DNA of 64,000 nucleotides from NCBI GenBank assembly GCA_050014495.1, contig JBEKDF010000005.1, positions 43,782 through 107,781 of the forward strand, in the 5' to 3' direction. This stretch comes from Candidatus Bathyarchaeia archaeon (GTDB lineage: Archaea > Thermoproteota > Bathyarchaeia > TCS64). The notes beneath the pieces were generated by a model, which saw only the letters and a list, made by a program, of their open reading frames with translations, made no database searches and was not told the origin of the DNA. Shown in pieces: positions 10,565 to 18,875 of the stretch (the first letter of the stretch is position 1; each line of letters opens with the position of its first letter). A program made the position numbers and the translations under genes.

Positions 10565-11707
10565 TTAGGAGAGCTTCCTTAGTTTCGTCCCCTTGGGTGC
10601 CCACGTCTTGGTCAAGGTCTCCTCGATAACGCCCCTGTGCCCTGCGGGATCATACATCGCTTCGACGAGGGCGTCGTAATCCAGGTCATTCACGATTTCG
10701 GCTCCCGCGTTGAGTGCGTTCATGTTGAGGACTATCGCCTTCTCGACGGGTAATCTCTCCGGGTTTATATCAATGCCATAGAAGCCAGAGTAAGCGTACA
10801 TCTTGAATACGAGGAGTGTAGAGAGCATCTGGTCGATGCCTAGGACGCCAGCGTTGAGGTCCTGGTCATAGTTGCCAAGAGGCTGGCTATTCCAGTGGCT
10901 ATGAGCGAGGCGCCCCTCTCGTAACACCGAAGCAAAGGCTCCGGGAAGGTCTTCGTGACCCATCAGCACGTGGCCCACCTCTGGGTTGAGCCCCAACATT
11001 GCATGTCCGTTTTCCAACAGCTTCAAGTTCTCCCTATGTTTGAGGAGCGCTTCGACGTTCCGGGCGAAGAGCAGCCCGTTCGCCGTATTCCTGTAGATGT
11101 TGTTCCCTCGGGGTTCGTAGGGCTTCGGCTCCATCGCCACCCTCATCCCGGGGACCTCATCCATAGCCTCCGCGACGGCTCCTTCGAAGCGACTCCACAT
11201 ACCATAGTAGTCGTGGCCGAACGGGTTCTCATATCCGTCTATACCTGGCCAGATGACGCAGATATCGGTCCCAAGTTCTTTATTGAGCCTGAGGCTCTCC
11301 TTAAGGCGATCCGTAGCTGCCTTACGGACCTTGACGTCGGGGTTGCTTAGGCTGCCAAACTCAAACTGCTTGTCAAAAAAGAGCATCGGGATGCAGGTGA
11401 TGAGCTTGATGCCCATCTCCTTCTCCAACGCCTTGTAGAGATAGACGTTCTCTCTGTTCACCTCGTTAGGGTAGTGTGCCTCAACACCGAGGGATGAGTC
11501 GACGCTACCTGCGTCCTTCATTTCCTTTATCTTCTCGATACAGTCCGCGATTGTGCCCTTCTCTACATAGGCGTCGTGGAATCGCCCACCGCCGGGGTAG
11601 AAGTACCAGACGCCGATGCTGAACCGTGGCTTAAGCTTCGACCTCTTGAGATGCCTGAGCATCTCATCAGGGGTCCTCTCCATTTTTTGGGGTCTCAAGT
11701 CTAGCAT
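10565..11707 (-). CDS. xylA: Xylose isomerase-like sugar isomerase
   Basis: W(Y)F, WPGIDG, EPKPYEP, NPEVGH, YDQDL motifs; directly downstream of xylulokinase. Confidence 0.75.
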   Translation of the reverse strand: MLDLRPQKMERTPDEMLRHLKRSKLKPRFSIGVWYFYPGGGRFHDAYVEKGTIADCIEKIKEMKDAGSVDSSLGVEAHYPNEVNRENVYLYKALEKEMGIKLITCIPMLFFDKQFEFGSLSNPDVKVRKAATDRLKESLRLNKELGTDICVIWPGIDGYENPFGHDYYGMWSRFEGAVAEAMDEVPGMRVAMEPKPYEPRGNNIYRNTANGLLFARNVEALLKHRENLKLLENGHAMLGLNPEVGHVLMGHEDLPGAFASVLREGRLAHSHWNSQPLGNYDQDLNAGVLGIDQMLSTLLVFKMYAYSGFYGIDINPERLPVEKAIVLNMNALNAGAEIVNDLDYDALVEAMYDPAGHRGVIEETLTKTWAPKGTKLRKLS

Positions 11708-11748
11708 GGGTTGAAGGTAGCTTGGAGTCCTAAAAACAGTTTTCCGAT

Positions 11749-13245
11749 TTATAAGGCGAAGGCGCCCCTGAGATCTACACTTATCCTATCCTGCAGCTGC
11801 TGGAGCCTTCGGTATCTCTCGATGTTGCCACTGTCGGGCTTGGCCCGAGTCGTTTCGTCGAGGTGGACGAATGAATCTGTTATCTCCGAGATGGGGATAC
11901 TGCAATCATGTGTCCAGAGTGCTTGTAGTGCTGCCCCATATGCAGCGCCCTCGTCTACTTCCAGGCATACGGTCTCGACACCGAAGACATCGGCGCACAT
12001 CCCCCTCCAGGCCCTGTTCTTTGAGCCCCCACCGGTGAGGCGGACCTCGCTCGGTTCTAAGCCCATCTCCTTGAGCCGATTGAAGCCAAAGTTGAGACCC
12101 ATTGTTGCGCCTTCCATGGCTGCGCGTAAGAGGTTCAGAGATGTGAAGTTCTCGGTGGTGAGCCCGTAAAGTACACCCTTGCCGTCTGGGACGTTTGGTG
12201 TTCGCTCCCCTGTCATATACGGGAGCAGGAGGACGCCATTCGAGCCAACAGGGGTCGTCCTCACCGCTTCCTCAAGCTCATCGTAGCTGAGGCCAAACAA
12301 TCCCCTCATCGCTTCAGTGGCCACTGTTACGTTCATCGTACATGCGAGGGGTAGCCATGCCCCGGTTGAGTCACAGAAGGCGTGTGCTTCACCAAGAGGG
12401 TCGATGACGGGCTTTTCCGAATAAGCGTAAATTGTACCCGAGGTTCCGAGGCTGATGGAGACGATGCCGGGTTTCGTGTTCCCCGTCCCAATTGCACCCA
12501 TCATATTGTCCCCACCACCGGCGCTTACGGTGATGTCCTCTGGGAGCCCAAGAAGCTTCGCCGCCTCACTTCTTAGGGTTCCCGCAGGCTCATTCGAAGA
12601 ATGTATCTCTGGCAGCTTCTCCATCAGAGCTGTATCGATAGCGTCGACGACCTCCCTCCTCCACCTTCTGGTCTTCACGTCCATGAGGGCTGTCCCAGAG
12701 GCGTCACCGGGCTCCATCGTCACCCTCCCAGTGAGCCAATAGTTGAGGTAATCATGGGGTAGGAGCACCTTTTCGAGGCGTGAGTAGTTCCGAGGTTCGT
12801 GCCTCTTCAACCAGAGAATCTTTCCAGCGGTGAAGCCGGGAAGGATCGTGTTACCTGTCAGTTTCACGACCTCCCTCACACCGCCGAGGTGCTCGATGAG
12901 ATATCTGCACTCCTCTGCGGTGCTTGTGTCGTTCCAGAGCTTCGCAGGGCGGATGATTTCGCCTTTCGCGTCGAGTGGGACGAATCCGTGCTGCTGACCC
13001 GAGACGCCGATTCCCTCAATAATGCCATCGATCCTCGCCTCAGATAGGGCGTCTCTCACCGACTTGATCATAGCCTCTACCCACGTGGATGGGTACTGCT
13101 CGCGGTAACCTGCTGGCAGCCCCTCGATCAACCCATACCCAATGTAGCCACTCCCAACTACAATTCCTTCCCCTCCGTCGACGACGACAGCTTTCGTCCC
13201 CTGAGAGCCGCAGTCGACACCCACATAGAAGCTCTTATGGCCCAT
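11749..13245 (-). CDS. xylB: Xylulokinase (FGGY family)
   Basis: GVDCGSQGTK, SGQQHG, LWNDT, GGGDN, SLGTSG, GERTP. Confidence 0.88.
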   Translation of the reverse strand: MGHKSFYVGVDCGSQGTKAVVVDGGEGIVVGSGYIGYGLIEGLPAGYREQYPSTWVEAMIKSVRDALSEARIDGIIEGIGVSGQQHGFVPLDAKGEIIRPAKLWNDTSTAEECRYLIEHLGGVREVVKLTGNTILPGFTAGKILWLKRHEPRNYSRLEKVLLPHDYLNYWLTGRVTMEPGDASGTALMDVKTRRWRREVVDAIDTALMEKLPEIHSSNEPAGTLRSEAAKLLGLPEDITVSAGGGDNMMGAIGTGNTKPGIVSISLGTSGTIYAYSEKPVIDPLGEAHAFCDSTGAWLPLACTMNVTVATEAMRGLFGLSYDELEEAVRTTPVGSNGVLLLPYMTGERTPNVPDGKGVLYGLTTENFTSLNLLRAAMEGATMGLNFGFNRLKEMGLEPSEVRLTGGGSKNRAWRGMCADVFGVETVCLEVDEGAAYGAALQALWTHDCSIPISEITDSFVHLDETTRAKPDSGNIERYRRLQQLQDRISVDLRGAFAL

Positions 13246-13389
13246 CGATCAATCTTTCTCTCAGGTTGCTAAAGAATTCAGGGGTCGAAATAAGTATCGA
13301 CCTGTATACATGGTAACCTATATACCAGTATATCATACACCTCTTTTCTTTCCCAACGCTGATAACGTAATAAGCAAATACTTGAATAG

Positions 13390-14802
13390 GTGTACCCTTT
13401 GTCGCGCCATGCCGAGCTGAGAGAGCTTCAATTACCCAACTTTGGCACCCCCACGGTGGAGCCGACCATCCCCCCCGAAACCTATCTCAATAGGATCGAA
13501 AAACTACGTACAAAGGCGCTTGAACGAGGATACGATTCGTTCATCGTTTATGGTGACCGGGAGCACTTCGCTAACGTCGCATGGCTCACCGGCTACGACC
13601 CACGATTCGAGGAGGCCCTCCTAATTATCGACCTTAAGAATGAAACGAAACCCCTCCTCGTCGTCGGTAACGAGGGTAAGGGTTACACGGGGATAAGCCC
13701 CATCGAAAAGAAGCTGCGAATTGCCATCTACCAGAGCTTCAGCCTCGTCAGTCAACCCCGGGGGGAGAGCAGACCCCTAAAGGCGATCCTCCGCCTTGGT
13801 GGGATCAAGAGAGGTGGCAAAGTGGGTGTAGCTGGTTGGAAGTACTTCACAGACATCGAGGTGAATGACTATGAGGCGACCTTTGAGATACCCAGCTACA
13901 TCGCCGACACAGTCAGAAAGATGGCGGGAAAGGGTAACCTTACTAACGCCAACGCCTTACTTATCCACCCCACCGAGGGTATCCGTGCAATCAATGACGT
14001 TGACCAGCTCGCCAGATTCGAGTATATAGGTACACAGACTAGCCAGGCGCTACGCGACGTTCTCTTCAACCTCCGCCCCGGCATGACTGAGTATGATGCT
14101 GTTCGCCTCATGAGGCTGAACGGCCTTCCCTTGAGCTGTCACCTGATGCTCAGCACTGGGCCGAGGGCATCAATGGGGCTGCCGAGCCCGTGCAGTCGGG
14201 TAATCGAGCGGGGCGATCCATTCACGATGGCATACGGGGCATGGGGAAGTCTGAACTCGCGTGCTGGCTTCGTGGTTGAGTCAGAATCAGAGCTACCGAG
14301 GGCGATCAGGGACTATATCCCCAAGTTGGTCGCGCCTTACTTCGAGGCGATAGCTGATTGGTACGAGAAGCTCAGGATAGGAGCCACAGGGGGAGAGCTC
14401 TGGAAGGCGATCCACGACCGCATCGGCGACCCTTTCTACGGGGTCTACCTAAACCCTGGCCACCTCACAAGCCTCGAAGAGTGGCTGAGCAGCCCATCAT
14501 ACAAGGGATCAAAGGAGAAGCTTGCCTCAGGCATGGCGATTCATGTTGACATAATCCCAGGTACGGGCACGAGGTACTACACGACGAACATCGAGGACGG
14601 GCTCTGCCTCACCGACGCTAAGCTAAAGAAGGAATTCGAGGGTAGATACCCGGAAGCGTGGGAGCGTATACAGGTACGCCGCGCCTTCATGACTGAGGAA
14701 CTTGGGTTGAGAATCGCCCCCGAGGTCTTACCCTTCAGCAACATACCTGCTTACCTCCCGCCCTTCATCCTTTCCCCCAACCGGGCAATGAGGATGGCTT
14801 AG
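13390..14802 (+). CDS. M24/creatinase-fold protein (Xaa-Pro aminopeptidase-like)
   Basis: Creatinase-N-like domain (YGDREH..WLTG) and pita-bread domain with PGH and IEDG; first two metal Asp not recognisable. Confidence 0.7.
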   Translation: MYPLSRHAELRELQLPNFGTPTVEPTIPPETYLNRIEKLRTKALERGYDSFIVYGDREHFANVAWLTGYDPRFEEALLIIDLKNETKPLLVVGNEGKGYTGISPIEKKLRIAIYQSFSLVSQPRGESRPLKAILRLGGIKRGGKVGVAGWKYFTDIEVNDYEATFEIPSYIADTVRKMAGKGNLTNANALLIHPTEGIRAINDVDQLARFEYIGTQTSQALRDVLFNLRPGMTEYDAVRLMRLNGLPLSCHLMLSTGPRASMGLPSPCSRVIERGDPFTMAYGAWGSLNSRAGFVVESESELPRAIRDYIPKLVAPYFEAIADWYEKLRIGATGGELWKAIHDRIGDPFYGVYLNPGHLTSLEEWLSSPSYKGSKEKLASGMAIHVDIIPGTGTRYYTTNIEDGLCLTDAKLKKEFEGRYPEAWERIQVRRAFMTEELGLRIAPEVLPFSNIPAYLPPFILSPNRAMRMA

Positions 14803-14844
14803 ATCGTCGACTGTTTTTTAAGTGGTTAAGTCTAAAACACCCCC

Positions 14845-16224
14845 ATGCAAGGCGTAATAGGCGTCTATTCTAAGGAGGATGTTGGGACGAAGAGCCTCTA
14901 CACCCTCTACGGCGTCCAGCATAGGGGGCAAGAGAGTGCTGGAGTCGCCGTGGCTGGGGACAGGAGCCTCAGGGTCTGGAGTGGGACGGGCCTCGTCTCA
15001 CGCGTCTTCGACGAGCGTTATACCCCCTTCAGCCACCCCGACGACTACGCTGTAATTGGCTGCGCCTCGGGGGAGAGTATAGAGGGCGGCCTTCCGCCAT
15101 ATGTCCTCGAGACCGAACGATACAAGATAGCAATCACCCTCGATGGCTATATCCCGAAGAAGCAGGGTGAGTCGAATGAGAATGCGTTCCTCAATATCCT
15201 CGAGGAGAAGCTACAGGTGACGAGTATAATCCCAGCTATGCGGGAATCAATGTGGAGCCTACCCACAGCCTACTTCAGCCTCGTCGCTGTCGCCCTGGAC
15301 AAGAAGGAGGAGGAAAGCACGCTCATCGCGGTACGTGACCCAAGGGGAGTGAGGCCTCTTCATGTCGCTCGTACGAAGACAAAACTCTTCCTCGCCTCCG
15401 AGTCTGCGCCTGTAGACGTCCTTGAGGAAATGGGTGAGTCTTTCGACGACAGGAGGGACGTTGTCCCTGGCTCGATGATTTACATGAACAAGGAGGGGAT
15501 CAGGGAAGAGCAGGTAATAGAGCCTCACCCCGCTCACTGCGCCTTCGAGTGGGTTTACTTTGGCCGCCCCGACTCCGTGCTAGAGGGGAAGAGTGTACAT
15601 GTCGCCCGCAAAAACCTCGGCCACGCACTAGTCAAGACACACGGCCTCAAGAGACTGTACAGCGTCGAAAAGGGACCTAAGAGCTACCTAGCTATCATTC
15701 CCGTCCCAGATTCCGGGAGAAGCGTCTGCACCGGAGTAGCCGAGGGCCTTGGGGTCCCTGCTGACGAGGGCATAATCAAGAACGCGTACCTTGGCCGTAC
15801 ATACCTCATCTACGATCCCTCCTTCAGGAAGACTGCTTCTGACCTGAAGCACAACGTGATACGTGCAACGGTGGGCGGGAAGAAGATAGCAATCTGCGAC
15901 GACAGCATAGTCAGGGGAACCGTTAGCGAGTCGGTCGCGAAGAGCCTCCGCAAGGCCGGCGCCACAGAGGTTGATTACCTAGTCAGCTATGCCCCCATAG
16001 TTAACCCATGCTTCAGCGACCCGGCCGACAAGCCTCTCGCTGCGAAGCCTTTCAAGGGGAAGAGCATCGAAGAGATCGGACGCCTCGTTGCTAAGGGGCT
16101 CCCCAGCATCGATCACATCCTCTACAACACACCTGAGAACGTAGTCGAGGCCATCGGCTTACCTCTTGAGAAGATATGTACATTCTGTATAACTGGCGTC
16201 AACCCCTTCAGGAAGGTCGAGTAA
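14845..16224 (+). CDS. purF: Amidophosphoribosyltransferase-like protein lacking the N-terminal catalytic Cys
   Basis: QHRGQES, RDPRGVRPL, CAFEWVYF, PVPDSG, DDSIVRGT, CTFC; starts MQGVIG. Confidence 0.85.
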   Translation: MQGVIGVYSKEDVGTKSLYTLYGVQHRGQESAGVAVAGDRSLRVWSGTGLVSRVFDERYTPFSHPDDYAVIGCASGESIEGGLPPYVLETERYKIAITLDGYIPKKQGESNENAFLNILEEKLQVTSIIPAMRESMWSLPTAYFSLVAVALDKKEEESTLIAVRDPRGVRPLHVARTKTKLFLASESAPVDVLEEMGESFDDRRDVVPGSMIYMNKEGIREEQVIEPHPAHCAFEWVYFGRPDSVLEGKSVHVARKNLGHALVKTHGLKRLYSVEKGPKSYLAIIPVPDSGRSVCTGVAEGLGVPADEGIIKNAYLGRTYLIYDPSFRKTASDLKHNVIRATVGGKKIAICDDSIVRGTVSESVAKSLRKAGATEVDYLVSYAPIVNPCFSDPADKPLAAKPFKGKSIEEIGRLVAKGLPSIDHILYNTPENVVEAIGLPLEKICTFCITGVNPFRKVE

Positions 16225-16505
16225 TCTATAGTGGGTAACTCTTCTCCTCTAAGAGGCAAAGAACCCCTATATATCTCCTTGATATCTCGGGATGCTCTAT
16301 CTTGACAGGATAGATCCCTCCGACCTCAAGGTGGCGAGGGCGTTACTTAGCTCACCCTTACTTACGCACAGTCGAGCAGTATTTTTTCCCACCTAATACC
16401 TACTGCCGTAGATCCGGAGCCTGACAATCGTAGAGACTCCTCGCTATGATTTTTGGCGTTGAAGTCGACGCAGGGGATATAACGGCGCGTCTTCAATTTG
16501 GGGGC

Positions 16506-17264
16506 ATGGGAGCACCGAGAACGGTCACCGTCGTTGGCTTCAAGGCCGCCAGAAAGACACAGGTCGTCGAGGCGCTAGTCGCTGAGTTGACGCGAAGAGG
16601 GTACCGAGTGGGCACATTGAAACACACGGCGGATGAACATCCCCTAGATAAGCAGTGGACGGACACTTGGCGTCACGTGGAAGCGGGTGCCGTCTCGTCC
16701 GCGATCCTATCTGACAATAGGACCGCTATATTCCTCAAGCGGGCAATGAGCCTGCAGAGGGCTGCGGATGCCCTTGGCGATGTCGACTTTATAATCATGG
16801 AGGGGTTCAAGGCCCTCGACGTAGCACCGCGGATCATGGTGCCAAGGACTCAAGATGAGGTCGCCACCCTAATGACGGGGCTTGAGATAGCTGTAGTTGA
16901 TGTCGAAGGAAATATGCTCGACACCGGTACTTTACCATCGATAAAACTAAGTGACACTGTTGCCCTCACGGACATCGTTGAGAAGCGGGCATATCCGATG
17001 CTTGCAGGGTTGGACTGTAAAGCGTGTGGTTTCCCGACGTGCAGAGAGCTGGGGAAAACAATTCTGACAGGGGAAAGAAAGGCGGAGAGCTGCGTTAAGT
17101 ACAGCCACGATGTACTCCTTAGGGTCGACAGTTCCGTAATCCCCCTGAACAAGTTCACTGGTAGCGCCCTCGTCAACGTCGTCCTCGGCTTCATGAAGAC
17201 CCTGAAAGGCTCCGAAGCCCCACACCAAGTAGAGCTGGAGTTCGAGGTGAAGAAAGATGCCTGA
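16506..17264 (+). CDS. mobB: MobB family protein with C-terminal Fe-S domain
   Basis: GTLKH, DTWRH, EGFK; DCKACGFPTC..C; ATG 16506 preferred over 16446. Confidence 0.8.
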   Translation: MGAPRTVTVVGFKAARKTQVVEALVAELTRRGYRVGTLKHTADEHPLDKQWTDTWRHVEAGAVSSAILSDNRTAIFLKRAMSLQRAADALGDVDFIIMEGFKALDVAPRIMVPRTQDEVATLMTGLEIAVVDVEGNMLDTGTLPSIKLSDTVALTDIVEKRAYPMLAGLDCKACGFPTCRELGKTILTGERKAESCVKYSHDVLLRVDSSVIPLNKFTGSALVNVVLGFMKTLKGSEAPHQVELEFEVKKDA

Positions 17265-17988
17265 GGAGCTGCACATCTGCGTCGACAGCAACGAGGCTAG
17301 CAGCCACCGAGACCTACTCAACTACCTACGCTTATCCGGCGTCACCGTCGACATCAAAAAGCTGACGGTCTGTGACTACGTCGTCTCCGATCGCGTCGGA
17401 GTGGAGAGGAAGGACGCGGGCGACTTCCTCGGTAGCATAATGGATGGACGTCTCTTCAGCCAGGCGAAGGCGATGGCGGAGGCATACGAGAAGCCGATAA
17501 TTATCCTGGAGGGGACAATAAGCAGGGCGCTGAAGAGGAGCGCTATAAAGCCCGCCTCCGTCTACGGAGCGCTGAGCAGCGTCGCCCTCGATTATGGTAT
17601 CAGTGTCCTCCCCACGGAGGATATCGACTCCACCGCCATGCTCCTGCAGCGTCTAGCTTACCGGGAGCAGGCGAAGGACAACCGCGCGATTCAACTACGT
17701 GCCGTGGACAGGAGCCTACCCCTAAACAAACAGCAGCTCTTCCTTCTCAGTGGGTTCCCCCAGATCGGGACTGCTTCGGCAGAGGATCTGCTGGAGAGCT
17801 TCGATACCCCACTTAGGGTCATCGAGGAACTCGCATCAGCCGAGATAAAGATCTCCGCTAGTGGGAAGACTAAGAAGCTCAAGGGGCCACTTACCGAGGT
17901 CGGAGGCATAGGCCCAACGATAGTGGAGTATGCGCAGACGCTCCTCAAGAGTAGCTACCGAGTAGCCTGCTCCGAGAACCTTGACTGA
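17257..17988 (+). CDS. xpf: Short XPF/ERCC4 structure-specific endonuclease
   Basis: DYVV..VERKxxxD, DGRLFSQ, ILEG, two HhH motifs. Confidence 0.88.
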   Translation: MPEELHICVDSNEASSHRDLLNYLRLSGVTVDIKKLTVCDYVVSDRVGVERKDAGDFLGSIMDGRLFSQAKAMAEAYEKPIIILEGTISRALKRSAIKPASVYGALSSVALDYGISVLPTEDIDSTAMLLQRLAYREQAKDNRAIQLRAVDRSLPLNKQQLFLLSGFPQIGTASAEDLLESFDTPLRVIEELASAEIKISASGKTKKLKGPLTEVGGIGPTIVEYAQTLLKSSYRVACSENLD

Positions 17989-18029
17989 CCCAGATCTGCT
18001 TTATTTTAAACGGAAAAATTGGATAATCA

Positions 18030-18310
18030 ATGGAGTCGTTTATCCACACGTTCTCGATTAAGATTCTTCTAGTACTTCTAAAGTCAAGGAGGCGGATGAC
18101 GCTGGAGGAGCTAGTCAAGGAGATGGGTGAACAGCACGGGAGCATAACCCACACTATCGATACTGTGAGAAGCAAGACTCGTCGCAGCTTTCTAGGCGAG
18201 GTGCACCACACGAGTAGGATGTCTACCTCACATCCATGGGCGGACGTGTTGAGAAGCTGAAGGAGATTGAGGACCTAGTGGGATGGACGAAGCTAGGCAG
18301 CATTTCCTAA
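18030..18310 (+). pseudogene. Probable frameshifted winged-helix regulator
   Basis: N-terminal HTH-like (KILLVL..MTLEELVKEMG); a second frame continues VYLTSMGGRVEKLKEIE (LTxxG wing) to TAA 18308-18310. Confidence 0.45.
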
Positions 18311-18870
18311 TACTGAATGCCCACAGTCGAGACGAAGGACTTCATCGCCTTAACCTCTTTGACCTCGTTGACGAAGTCGGCTCTGTCAATAAGTGAGTTA
18401 GGCGCGTATCTCCCGGTCAAAATGGCGTCCATCGCTGGTGGGAGTTTCTCGAGTAGGGCGATCACATCCACGCTCTCGACTATTCCCATATGAGCCGCGA
18501 GGCAAACCTCGTCAAGGATGATCAACTCGGGTGGATGATCTCCTAAGATTACCTCCTCGGCATACTTCAGCGCTTTCTTAGCTGCTACTTTGTCCTCCTC
18601 CGTTATACTTCTTAGGCTAGCCTTGAAGCCGCCCACATCGACATCAGTGCCAGCCTTTCCCATCTTTATCCAGCCGGGTCTACCAAACTGCTTAATCTCG
18701 TAGAGGGGAGCCAGGGTCTTAGCAGCCTTATACTCACCCGTCTTTTTCCAGTACTTTAGGAACTGGATAACGACTACGTGATGGCCATGGCCGAGGGATC
18801 TGAGGGCTAGGCCGAGGGAGGCGGCGGTCTTGCCTCCGCCTGTGCCGTAGTAGAGATATATATGTCCCAT
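18307..18870 (-). CDS. cobO: ATP:cob(I)alamin adenosyltransferase (CobO/BtuR)
   Basis: YYGTGGGKT, QFLK, ILDE, LTGR, ends GIQY. Confidence 0.9.
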   Translation of the reverse strand: MGHIYLYYGTGGGKTAASLGLALRSLGHGHHVVVIQFLKYWKKTGEYKAAKTLAPLYEIKQFGRPGWIKMGKAGTDVDVGGFKASLRSITEEDKVAAKKALKYAEEVILGDHPPELIILDEVCLAAHMGIVESVDVIALLEKLPPAMDAILTGRYAPNSLIDRADFVNEVKEVKAMKSFVSTVGIQY

Positions 18871-18875
18871 GGTTG

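Noticed and set aside
16225..16445. Possible decayed minus-strand gene (..LEVGGIYPVKIEHPE..)
   Set aside because: Short, interrupted by stops, not assignable by eye
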